Source: Paragordius varius (Eukaryota; Animalia; Nematomorpha). Taken from it: a DNA stretch of 64,000 bases. Shown here one piece after another: positions 1 through 11,186 of this stretch (within the stretch, counting starts at the first letter, position 1; every line of letters starts with the position of its first letter). The stretch is from the NCBI GenBank assembly GCA_964247055.1, contig OZ176054.1, positions 5,208,001-5,272,000 of the forward strand, written 5' to 3'. The notes below the pieces were generated by a model. That model did no database searches, was not told where the DNA came from, and saw nothing but the letters and a program-made list of their open reading frames with translations. Made by a program: the position numbers and the translations under genes.

Positions 1-156
1 AATTTTGTATCATATTTATACCATTTTCATCCTGTAAATAAGCAAATAAAATTCATGTACTGCTTTGCAATAAATGAATGATAAAATTGCGAAATGAATA
101 ATTGAAAAATATGATAAATACATATTCCTGAGGAATATGGTGGCAAATTAAAATAA
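1..156 (+). pseudogene. Possible degenerate 3' end of a CRAL-TRIO/Sec14-like gene
   Basis: 121-156 reads HIPEEYGGKLK*, resembling the LPxEYGG C-terminal motif of CRAL-TRIO proteins. There is an in-frame TAA at 115-117 and no obvious acceptor AG. The window edge prevents confirmation. Confidence 0.2.
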
Positions 157-688
157 AATTTGATTTTGATTCTAAATATATTATATTTAAGTTTTATTTG
201 GCCTCAAAATATAAGACGTAGTTAATTTTATCAATTAGACAATTGATACGTGCATCTACTAACTTTTAGTTTATAAAATTCAAAACGGTTAAAAATAATA
301 TGCGCAATATAATTATTTATATAACAGTTCAAATAAAAACTCAATTCATAACATTCTTATTAATTGCTGTGAAAAGTATTATTACCTAATAGAATTATGG
401 ACCATTTAATTGATTACTAAAGAAAAAAATGTAAATGTATGAAGCATGTAAGGTTTATTTTTTGCTTAATGCTTAATTTAAGGCAGAAAACAAAAAATAT
501 ATACTTTATGTCCTTTTATCCATTACCAACTTAAAAACATATGCTTAATATATATGTGATACATTGATAAAAAATTATGACAAATAAAATACAAATATTA
601 AAATTTATATGCGTAATGTTTTGAAAGGAGAAATCGATTAGACAAATTTTATAAATAAAAATATATGGTTATTTTATAGTTATATTAC

Positions 689-3600
689 CGTGGTAAGATT
701 AATGATTGAGTGATCTATAAATTCTCTCAAATGGGTACGCAAACCGGTTTCGTTACTGACTAAAAATTCTTCTCGGCATAGCATTAAGAAATCGTTAAAA
801 ACAACTGAATTCTTTGGGGCTAACAAAAAGTATCAATAGAATCGTTAATAAATGATATTGCAATTATACTAGCTAAAAAACATGCTTAAATACGCGCTAT
901 GTTTCTTATATACATGTATATAAAGTCCGCATTAACAAACAGGTAAAATGGTTAACAATTATTAATTTTGGTTAAATTAATTTTTAATAGTACATATAAT
1001 TTAAAAAAACATTTAGGACACGAAAAATGTCCCGAAAATGATCCATTGTTTTTTTGGTAATAATGGGTAAAAACAATTTTGCAAATCTTAAAGAGAGTCT
1101 TAAAAAATGTACGCTAAATCTTGTGTCTTATTATTAAAAATTTAAGTGGCCAAAGTTTAAACATATATACCTGTGGTGTCATCCGGATGTTCTAGCACCG
1201 CTTTTTGTTGCATAACATCTATAAACATGTCAAATATTTTTTTGGAATTTGCCGTTAAACTAGCATATATACGTTCAAGTGAAAGTAATTGTAACATAAA
1301 ATCATCCGTTTTTCCTTCCAAACTTGACGGGATCGAAGATAAGGAATCCGTAGCTAAAAAGAGTTGAGATAAAACATGATTGTTATTGATGTTAAAGTAT
1401 CGTTCAAGCGTTTGATTAACGTCAGTAGATTCATTTGCAATGCATATCAATTCATCTTGTTTAACAAATGGTATAAAGGTGGGCGTATGATGAAAAACCC
1501 AATTCCATTTATCCCATGAACAATCAAGTTCGTCCCACACTAGTGTATTTATATATATATATATATATATGATAGCCAAAAAAATTTAATCACAACTAGT
1601 TTAGTAAAAATTTTAACCAGATTAATTATATGTGAGCCTTGATAAAAAGATCGCCCCTATAAATTAGGGTAGAAAATAGTAAAAAATCAAAGTCAAAAAT
1701 ATCTTAAAAACAAGCACAGAAACAGCATAATAGCGGATTTTAGCAATTGTTAACAGCTGATTTAAGTATTGCATTCTTCCAGTATATATGCGATAGCGAT
1801 AGAAAAGATTGTTTTAATACTGAATACAAATCCTGTCTACATGACCTCTAATACAAATTAGGGTATTTTACCAAAAATTGTATAAAACTATATCATAAAT
1901 ACACACTTATTAAACATTGCACCAAATAAAAAAATATTTAAATAAGTATTTTTTTCACAGATAAAACCGACCGCAAAATTTGAAAAAGTTAAATAATAAT
2001 GTTAAATCGGATTATAATAAAGAATGTAGTTTAATTTTAGCGATGACCAAAAAACACAATATTTTGGTAAGCTGTAATATAAAATGGCGTCGAAGTAGTT
2101 TATTATGTTTTTTTTTCAAAACTAATTTTTATGATATTTTGTCTTATTTATCCGTTTTAAATCCCGGGATTTACGGGGCTGACCGCAACAACTTAAACAA
2201 TGTTCCATCAAAAACATCGTGGTCAATATTGAATTGTAAGAAATCTTGAGTTAGCCGTTTTGAGCATATGAATTCAGGGCGGCCTTTGCTGTTTGGTACC
2301 GGTGTTCACATGCTGTATTTTTTGCAACCAATTATTAAAATTCATACGCTGGACATGTCCATAATATTGTAAGCGGTTGTGCTGAATGAACAGAGATATG
2401 TGTTCTACCTCTTTGATGGTATTATCAAGATTATTATTGCAGATTTTTAGCATGTGATTCTCAGCTTTAGTGAGCCTTATGTCATAGCTATTCCCATTTC
2501 GAAAATTTTAAGTTTATGGTTCAGTTTGATATTTTAATTATTAAGGATGTATTTGTTGATTGATTTGGCCCATTCCTGTCTGATTCTATGAGAAAAGGCA
2601 TCCCTAAAACCACTATCAAATGGTATATCTAATCGCATAGATATGGAAACGATATTACAATTTCATTATCTCTATCAAAATTAAATGAATGAGGATTTAC
2701 TATAGGCAATGTTACCAATAATGCACAAGGAGAAAATTATTATTGTCAATATTATTAGTTATTTTTTTATTTTTATAGGATTTTTAAGAACCTAATTCTT
2801 ATATTTTTACGTAGGATTAATATTAGTTTTACCTTTTATCACGTGACAAGGCAAATGTATTTATTAATAAGAAGTAGGTGATCCAATTTTTCAAGCATCT
2901 TTCAAATATTTTCATAGAGGAACCGTTTCGTATATCTCCTTTATTTAAGTTATAAAGGAAAATATAATTCTTTTTTTCCACTCGGTGGGTATTTTCCTTT
3001 TGACTAATATTTTATTAAAAGCGTGGCAATATTGGGTTTATGCTTAATGATATCAAAGGATAGTTCAACGAGCCCTGCTTCTTTGTTTAAATTCATTTGG
3101 TCTAAAGCGATTTCACCCTCTTTCATTGTAATATCCTCAAGGGTAAACAACAAAAATTTCGCTCAGAAATAAGATTGTGGAAAGGTTATTTAGGTTTTGT
3201 CACATATATTTTTGCCATGTGGATTTAATTAATACTAATTGTATTTGTAAATTATTATTATATCATCAATAACTTTAATCGTTTGGATCTTTTTGTTTAA
3301 ATTGTTACATATGTTTGCGATTTGATTTTGGATTTTCACGTTTCCTGTTTTCCAATTTATCGGCAAGCATTTTTATCGCATTCCCTCTTGAATTTCATTT
3401 TTATACAAACGCTCCTTTTCTTAAATTATTGGGTTGATTGCATTATCCCACCACCATTTTTTTGTAACTTTATTTTTCTTCTATCATACCATTTTTCTCC
3501 ACCTCTATTTTTGAAATTTTTCATTATCTCAGTTTTTTTTAAATTTATGTATATTTAATCTGGGTTTGTTAGCATTATTATATGGCATTGAATTGAATAA

Positions 3601-5449
3601 AAATTGATGTATATGTTGTGTGTTAGAATTATAAGTAGTTGTAACTAATATATATTTTCAGACATGTTCACTTTTTATAATCTAATCCATCGTGTATTAT
3701 TTTTGCCTCAGGTGTAAGTATCAGATTAAACGGCACAAATGAAGAACCAAAAACATTAATAAAATACTAGCATCTAATTTACTTCAAGTAAATATTGGCT
3801 TCAAACATGGCTTATTGGCTGATGGAATAATGGTAAATAATCAATGAAAGATTATGGATACGGTGCGAAGTTTGGGTTTAAACATAGTTTTTTATAGCAT
3901 GAAAAATTTTGATGGTTTTTCCTTATACCAAATGGTAACAAGGGACAATCTGGCGTCGCCATATTAATGAAAGAGACCCATCGACAGAACCTAATCAGCG
4001 TAAGTGATAGAATAATCCAATCTTGAACAATACATATAAGATTAGTAAATGCTGCCCCTATCAAATGTGTTTCAATATGCGCGACTTCGATTTTACGATG
4101 ATTGGAAGGGACTTAATGCGCACGTTTAGAAGCAGTGAAGGCTTTTTTGGATTACCTGGGCGATACAATTTCGATAATCGGGACAAAGAAAGAAAAACTG
4201 TTTTAGAATTTTGTGGTCCTCATCGACTCCAAATAGCAAATACTCTTTTAATCAAAATCAAAAATAAACTAATTACTTTCATTTTAGGTATTAATAATAA
4301 TAATAATGCGATAGAGTACATTCTAACAAAATAGCATATCCGAAAAAACTTTAGCATATGCAACTACTTATAATACTGAAACACAACAAAAAATCTCAAC
4401 ATCACTTTATAATTTGAATTCAAGACGATTTAATCATGCTAACAAACCCAGAATAGGTACACAAAAACGTTGGCTTACTTTATTATATTTATTAAAATAA
4501 AAGAATGAATTACGAATTGGGACCAATTGGTTCCAATAAGAATCAAAGGGCTCAATATTAAAACGCTTCACAACAAATCTTCGATTTCGTGTTGAAATTT
4601 TGGACTATTATTTCATTCCCGTAAAATTTTATAAATGAAAACGATGTCAGTCATATATAAATTATTTCAACCATTATGTTGGATCATCAAGACTTAAATG
4701 CTTTCCCAAATTTTTAAATAAAATTATATAGAAAACTGCCAATGATTTTGCTATTATATACCATGAAACTTCAAACATTAAAGGATATTCAAAGTAATTA
4801 AAAATATGTATAACTTAAAATATTTAGTGCCGTGAAAAATTAAATTTTTATAAACAAGAGATATAAAAAATAGCAAATCTTATACCAGGAACATATTATA
4901 TATATATATATATTAAATTAAACTTTAAATGTAAGATGAAATAAAATTTTAAAATCAGTTTAAATATGATCAATTAGAAATACTATAGGCATCTTTTTTA
5001 TCCATTGAAGCTATGATATTAATGTGATGATAGGATAATAACTCCAAAATATATTCAAAAATTAGGCTATCGCGTGGTATAGAATCAATACTATGAACAA
5101 TAAAATATAATTGCTTTGTATGTTCTTTTGATAAAAATCACAAATACTTGTTTTCTTGAATGTTGAAAATGCATTTTTAACATTACTAACGGTAAAAGAG
5201 GTACTAAGTAATGAATTAATGGCTCCTACAAACTACAATATTATATACAATACCTCATTTTCAATATGTTTCGCCAATCCGTTAAGTTCAATGTATTTTA
5301 CATTAGTTTTCGAAATAAAATCATTTAATATAAATTTTTTGGAACCGACTCCATATAACAATATATTAAAACCACATCTTTAATAAATAAATTTGATACC
5401 GCATTTCATAAATCCAATCTTCATAAAATATTTGATAATTAAAATTCAT
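689..5449 (-). CDS. ORC2: Origin recognition complex subunit 2 (short, N-terminally truncated); exons 5449-5400, 5377-5254, 5232-5148, 5124-4984, 1539-1171, 819-689; terminal exon/stop uncertain
   Basis: Spliced translation gives [23 protein letters not shown]...YFIVHSIDS...HINIIASMDKKDAYMWD...WVFHHTPTF...YASLTANSKKIF...FNDFLMLCREEFLVSNETGLRTHLREFIDH. This matches the ORC2 motifs GFNIVLYGLGSK, LIHNLDS, IASIDH-MWD, LTPNARGIF and CREAFLVNSD-LTEFRDH. All junctions are GT-AG and phase-consistent (900 nt = 300 codons up to 689). Confidence 0.92.
2250..3560 (-). mobile_element. Decayed RTE-clade LINE, reverse transcriptase/3' region, in ORC2 intron 4
   Basis: Frameshifted minus-strand fragments: EDITMKEGEIALDQMNLNKEAG, FNKILVKRKIPTEWKK, NKGDIRN, MKIFERCL, RLQYYGHVQR. 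These are typical of non-LTR RT and RTE C-terminal regions. The boundaries are approximate. Confidence 0.75.
3850..4340 (+). mobile_element. Decayed LINE APE endonuclease fragment, opposite in orientation to the adjacent RT fragment
   Basis: GQSGVAILMK...VSDRII, IG-D(F)NAHV (frameshifted), KTVLEFCGPHRLQIANTLLIK...LITF...AIEYIL match APE endonuclease motifs. Confidence 0.7.
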
Positions 5450-5483
5450 AATTACCGCTTTTACACTTTATAAAGTTAAACCC
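5450..5483. promoter_or_regulatory. 34-bp spacer between the divergent ORC2 and WDR12 start codons (inferred bidirectional promoter or overlapping 5' UTRs); contains palindrome CTTTATAAAG at 5466-5475
   Basis: The ORC2 ATG is at 5449 (-) and the WDR12 ATG at 5484 (+). ORC2 has an in-frame stop just upstream of its ATG. Promoter function is inferred from geometry only. Confidence 0.55.
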
Positions 5484-8400
5484 ATGCCTGAAATGCCTTC
5501 AGCGAATGATGCTCAAATTTCAGCTACTTTTTTTACGAAGGATTCAAAGTTCGTCTTATATTTTAATTTTAAAGCTTTGTTATTCCTGATACCGAATATT
5601 CCTTACCAATAAAAACTATTCCATCTTTACTTAATAATCTAATAAAAACAATAATACATCAAGGTAACAACGATATTTGATTTTAGATAACTCCCATGAA
5701 ATAGCTGCGATCGATTTCGAATTTTTGATAAATGGAAAAATACTTGATACATCTTTGGAAACATTTATTCAAACAAATAATTTGACTATCGTTTACTATT
5801 AACTTTTTATATGATATATAGGAAAATGTTTTAAATATTGAAATAATAAAAAGACTTACTTCACCAGATCCAAAATGCCTATATTTACATGAGGATTGGG
5901 TGAGCTGTGTAGATTCTTTTATAATATCCGATAATGGAAATAATCATCGATTTTTTCTCAGTGGAAGTTACGATGGAACAATCAATCTTTGGAATTATGA
6001 CGAAAAACATTTTGATCACGCATCTAACGATACATCAACAGCATTGTAAAATAAAATAATTATTGTAGGAATCAATCTCAGTTATTAATGAATAAAGTCG
6101 TTCATCATGGTCCTATCAAAGATGTCAAAATTATTTTGGTTGAAACGTCAAGTATGCAATAATGTTAAAATAATGATATAAAAAAGTTGTATATGCCTAA
6201 ATTTCAAAGAAATTGGTATTAGCATTAAAATTTACTTTTCTTAATTAACTTAATAAGTTGTTTTTGAAAATTGTTTTATTTAAAAATCAAAATAAAGTTT
6301 TTTCTAAAGTCATGTTTTTTTTGTATTAAATTAAAAATATTAAATATTTGTATAATGAGATTATACACACTTCATTACAAAAATTAGATTACAGTATACA
6401 TTTACGTTGATCATTGGCAATACAGTAGCGTATGGATAAAAAACAAAAAATTGTCAATTTTAACATTTTTTCTATCCTACAACATTAAATTTGTTTATTT
6501 AATTATGGACATTTGGCTAAATCATACACTGTAGTACCAATTGGCCAACATAAAAGTCCATACTCTAAGTTTTACCAGTCATACTGAATTATTATTATGG
6601 AGATTTTAGAATACGTTACTATTTTTGTAATACTTTTCTTGATCAGTTGTTGTTGTTTAACAATAAGTATTGATCGTAAATTATCCAGCTTTTTATGAAA
6701 TAGTTCTTTATCAATACAGTCTGTTTTTAACAGTTTGAGTTGTTGGACAAATCAATTTTTTTAACCCAAGTTTAACGAGGACGACCGGGTTTATAGTTTC
6801 CAGGTGTAGACATAAAAAAATTATTTTTTTGAAATTGCTTTAACATTTGGCAATTTAACTCAAACTACCCTATATTTATCGACCAGCATACTGCATGTAT
6901 GTTAAAGGGTTAATATAATGCATTTATTGGTAAATCATGATTTATTTACGAGATCTTTTGTATGTGTCCTTCAAAGGATTCAACAGTTAACGTTTGAAAA
7001 TCAAATTTTCATTATAATTTATAAATTTCTTCACACCTTCATAGTATCAAAGGGCAATACTTGATTTGTATAATAATCATGTTATGTTTGTCTTTTTAGA
7101 AAAAAATCTTGATACAGTTACGATATATTTCATAACTGCCTCTCATGATCAAACAGTAAAGGGTTGGAAATTAAATTTTCAATATCGCCCATCTCATCAC
7201 GAAGAAATTATGGATGAAAATACGCAATTAATCGCAAAAACTCTTCAGTGCCTAGCTATATACCGCGGTCATATAAATGGTCTTGAATGTTTATCTATCA
7301 CACCTGAGGTAGATTATGTTATTTTTAAAGTTACATTTACTTATATAAGTATTATACCAGTCAACTAATTATTTTATCATCCCTGCATAAAAACCATCAA
7401 TAATATATGGTATGGTATGAAATAATTTCAAACATTTTGGCATTATATTAGGCAAATCTTGAGGATAAATCCTATTCATTTTATTCGGGATCATGGGATA
7501 ACACGATAAAACAATGGCAGTTTAGCAAGAATCCCGAAACAACTAAAGTAGGTATGGAGATAGATGGTGTTGCAACCACCAAAATGAAAAAGAATAAGGT
7601 AATTAAACAAAAACAAAAAGCATCTGTTTTAAATCTTTTTTATTATAAGATTATGTAAAAAAATATCAAAAGCTTTAATCTCTATTTAATTTGGATTACA
7701 ATAAAAAAATTTTAAAATATCTATAATTTTTAATTTTACAATTACATTTTAATTATTTAATATTTTAGCTGCCAATTAAAACATTATCGCATCATTCAGA
7801 TGTTGTAACAAGCTTGATACATTTAACTCCTTATGAATTGTGTAGTGCATCTTGGGATCAAACTATTAAAATTTGGGATATTGAGAAACAAAAAATTAAA
7901 CAATCAATAGTATACTTTTTTATTAATTTGCTTATTTTTCATCATATTTGATTATTGCATAATATTGATAGAAAGGTCAAAAGGCTCATTTGGGCATATC
8001 ATACAATACTAGTAATAGTTGTTTGCTTTCTGCTTCTACCGATAGCCATATTCGTTTATGGGATTTGAAATCTGAAGGTTAATATATTTAACTAATTATT
8101 CCAAATACATTTATAAAATTAGTATATTTTAGGACTATACTTTATAGCGGCAAAATTACTATACTTTTATTAAAAAATTAATTAAAGCTTTGATTACTAT
8201 TTGTAATTTAAGCGAAAAATCACCCCGATTCAAAATGAAACAAAGGCGGTTTTGGCTTCATTACAACTGTTCTTGAAAATTTGTTATAAAAAGAGTTGCG
8301 CTATACTGTACATTGATCTTCAGCTATTAATATCAACATTTTTTCATTTACATTAATATTTCAATTTATCATTATTTATATTTAGTTGGAACTTTTGTAA

Positions 8401-9112
8401 CAAACACATTTTCCTCTCACAAGGGTTGGGTCACCTGTGTTAATTGGTCCCCAATTGATAACCATCTTTTTTGTTCGGGTTCATATGATTCTCTTATCAA
8501 AATATGGGATATTAGAAAGTATTATTATTAGATTTTCGTTGCCAAAAACATTGTATTTATCAATACCGATTTTTATTTAGCCGAAAAACAATTTTAATTT
8601 TTTCGTTTTCTAACCTTTATATATTTGAAACAAAAATGTGTTAATATAAAAGTAGCATACAAAATATATTGCTTCGTGGCTTATCACAATGGAACCAAAA
8701 TTTAAGATAAAATAACTTTTAATTTGAACCAAAGAATTATTGGTTTTCGTTTTTGAAATTTTTTTTTGATTATTGTGATATTCTACAAATTTTTTATTAA
8801 AATAAAAATTATCATTAGATTTAGGTAGCCATTTAAATATTTTTTAAAATGGTAGTTAGAAAGATATTGTTCGAAAAGCTTTAAAAGTTTATACGGAACA
8901 TATTGGAATTATCCAAGTTGATTACAACATTTTTGTCAAATAATTTCTCCCATATATTTTTAAATTGTATTTTATGTAATAGCCCCAACGTTCCGCTATA
9001 TAACTTGTATGGTCAAAAAGGCAAAATACTGTGCAATATTTGGACAAATCCAGAAAATTTGATAGTTAGTGGTGGTTCAGACGACACCCTTCAAATTTTT
9101 AAGATTAAATAA
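5484..9112 (+). CDS. WDR12: Ribosome biogenesis protein WDR12/YTM1; exons 5484-5548, 5576-5663, 5687-5790, 5822-6045, 6069-6151, 7100-7308, 7452-7598, 7769-7909, 7972-8077, 8386-8518, 8982-9112
   Basis: N-terminal NLE/UBL-like region (QISATFFTKD...IDFEFLINGKIL...ENVLNIEII) is followed by LHEDWVSCV, LSGSYDGTINLW, TASHDQTVKGW, YRGHINGLECL, SGSWDNTIKQW, SASWDQTIKIWD, SASTDSHIRLWD, SHKGWVTCVNWSP...SGSYDSLIKIWDIR and VSGGSDDTLQIF. This is colinear with WDR12/Ytm1, and all junctions are GT-AG and phase-consistent. Confidence 0.93.
6740..6830 (-). mobile_element. Possible small remnant of an RTE LINE C-terminus in WDR12 intron 5
   Basis: The minus strand reads PGNYKPGRPR*TWVKKID, resembling the GRPRKTW motif. 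The match is short and decayed. Confidence 0.35.
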
Positions 9113-9125
9113 TATGTATATAGCT

Positions 9126-9146
9126 AATAAATTTATAGAATTTATT
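9126..9146. terminator. Candidate polyadenylation signals of the convergent genes: AATAAA (+) 9126-9131 for WDR12, AATAAA (-) 9146-9141 for RPS2
   Basis: Both hexamers lie in the 66-bp gap between the two stop codons. AATAAA is common in this AT-rich DNA, so the assignment is positional. Confidence 0.45.
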
Positions 9147-9178
9147 ATGGTTATTATTAGTCAATGCATGCATATAGT

Positions 9179-10615
9179 TTAAAATCCTTTTTGTTCAATA
9201 GCCGTTCCTGTTAATTTGTTTTTGGCCAACAAATCAGAATATTCAAGATATGGCGTCGATTGAAAGTTAGTTTCTGGCCATAAATCTGGGGTCAGATAAC
9301 TGTACGTCCTAGCTATGGCGGCATAAGTTGCTTTTGCTAAAATATACGTTACATTAAATATGAATCAATTTAGTCTATTTCATATTTTTTAAAACAATCG
9401 ACTTAGCTAAATTTAAACGATTAGTTAAAATAAAAAAATATGAATCTAATAAAAAAATAATTTTGACATGAGCCTGTTATAAACTAAAAATGGATTTTAA
9501 AATAAAATTTGTTTAATCTACGCTTTCTTTGGTTTTTTATTTAAAAAATACTATTTAAAATTTGTTTAAACTGTTCTTAATGAAGATTACCAAAATTTCC
9601 CAGGGTACAAGTAGACCCTTGGGCCGAAGTATAACAATCCTCGATTCCAGCCATCTGAAGCAGTTTTTTAGGAACTCCGGCTGCTACAATGCCTGTTCCA
9701 CGCGGCGCTGGTATCAGTCGGACAGTGACACTCCCGCATTTTCCAGTCACCTTATACATAAAGAATTGATTGAATTAATAAAAATGTATAATCTGCTTAA
9801 TAAAATGTATAATTATTTTTGGCAAAAAGGCATGATATAGTCGTTACTTTACATTACAATCGTCAAAACTATTTCCAATTAAAATGTGTTAAAAAATCGA
9901 TTTATCCAATATTAATATTAGAAAAAATATATAAAATATTGTAATATGTGAATTCTAAAAGCATTCAATTATATATAAATTAGGATTACTTTGCAGGGAA
10001 CTGTATGGGGTTTTCCAATCTTATTTCCCCAATATCCTCTACGAACTGGTATCAAACTAAGTTTTGCCAAAATAATAGCACCACGGATAGCCGTAGCAAC
10101 TTCTTTGGAACATTTAACACCCAACCCAATATGTCCATTATGATCCCCAATAACTACAAAAGCCTTAAAACGGGTTCTTTGACCGGCTCGTGTTTGTTTT
10201 TGAACTGGCATAATTTTCAAAACTTCATCTTTAAGCGTGTTTCCAAAAAAATGATCAATAATTTCATGCTCCTGGAATGTTATTAATATTATGAATTAAT
10301 ATATAATATGTCTATAAAAATTGGATGAATATTAATCATAATGTATCAAGAAAAATTGCTAAAAACCAATGTAGAGAATATAGCAATGGGTTCTTGAACA
10401 AATAAACTACATACCTTAATTGGAATAGAAAACATGTATATTTCTTCAATAGATTTAATGACGCCTTCTTTCACCAATCGACCAAGTTTGGTTACTGGAG
10501 CCCATTCTTTATCCCCACCTTCTCGTCCACGGGCACCACGTCCCCTACCTCTTCCTCGACCGCGTCCACGGCGACCAAATCCTCCACCCATACCTCCGCG
10601 TGGTCGTTCAGCCAT
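9179..10615 (-). CDS. RPS2: 40S ribosomal protein S2 (uS5); exons 10615-10415, 10271-9990, 9750-9591, 9336-9179
   Basis: RG-rich N-terminus, [73 protein letters not shown]. The identity is unmistakable and the junctions are GT-AG. Confidence 0.98.
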
Positions 10616-10619
10616 TTTC

Positions 10620-10740
10620 TACAAAGTTTTGCAAAGTTAGTTGGAAAGTAGTTTTAAATATGTGATAGATATGGATTCGGAGAGGAAATGTGTGTACCGG
10701 CTGAGCATAAATTTTATCTAACACGAGGTGAATAGGAATT
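10620..10740 (-). promoter_or_regulatory. Probable RPS2 5'-UTR intron and short non-coding first exon with a pyrimidine-rich start
   Basis: On the minus strand, acceptor TTTGTAG lies 4 nt before the ATG and donor CCG|GTACAC near 10697. An upstream TTCCTATTC tract resembles a TOP-like start. Confidence 0.45.
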
Positions 10741-11186
10741 TTTATTGTTTTTTTGTTTATAGATTTATAATTTACTCAAAAAATATATTTTAGTCTCCAC
10801 TAGAAAGCGAACGGCGAATCTCTTGTATAAAAATTTTATTGAGTTTGAGGAATAAAGCGTTTTTAGCACAATCGTACCAAACCTTTATATATATTTATAA
10901 AATTTTATGAAATATTATATTTCAAAAAAGTATTGGCCTTTTAGGCGCTTAATTAAAATTTTGATAACTGGGGTGTAATGACCTATATTGTTAATAATTT
11001 TTAAAAATTACTGAAAGAAACGGTTAAAATTTTTAACTTCTGTCCTAATAGAAATTATAAAAATTAAAATATCTAAAAAATATGGTTTGGAAAAAAGTTC
11101 TGTCGGGGCCATTTGTATTATGCAAATCGGAGAATATCGTATTTAATTATTTCTAACTCAAAAATTAACGCTAAATTTTTATTTAA

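Noticed and set aside
340-420. Candidate final ORC2 exon (VIILFTAINKNVMN*)
   Set aside because: Similarity is too weak to choose it over read-through at 689 or other acceptors.
6760-6785. TTTTAACCCAAGTTTAACGAG, resembling nematode spliced-leader sequences (similar word near 31615)
   Set aside because: It overlaps a decayed LINE GRPR-TW remnant on the other strand. There is no GT donor or Sm site in the expected position, so the match is likely chance.
9337-10414. Intronic snoRNAs in RPS2 (a snoRNA host in vertebrates)
   Set aside because: No convincing C/D box pair or H/ACA double hairpin was visible by eye; a snoRNA scan would be needed.
10434-10640. Plus-strand Pro/Arg-rich ORF, plus ORFs 9562-9840 and 10005-10286
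   Set aside because: These are antisense shadows of the RPS2 exons.
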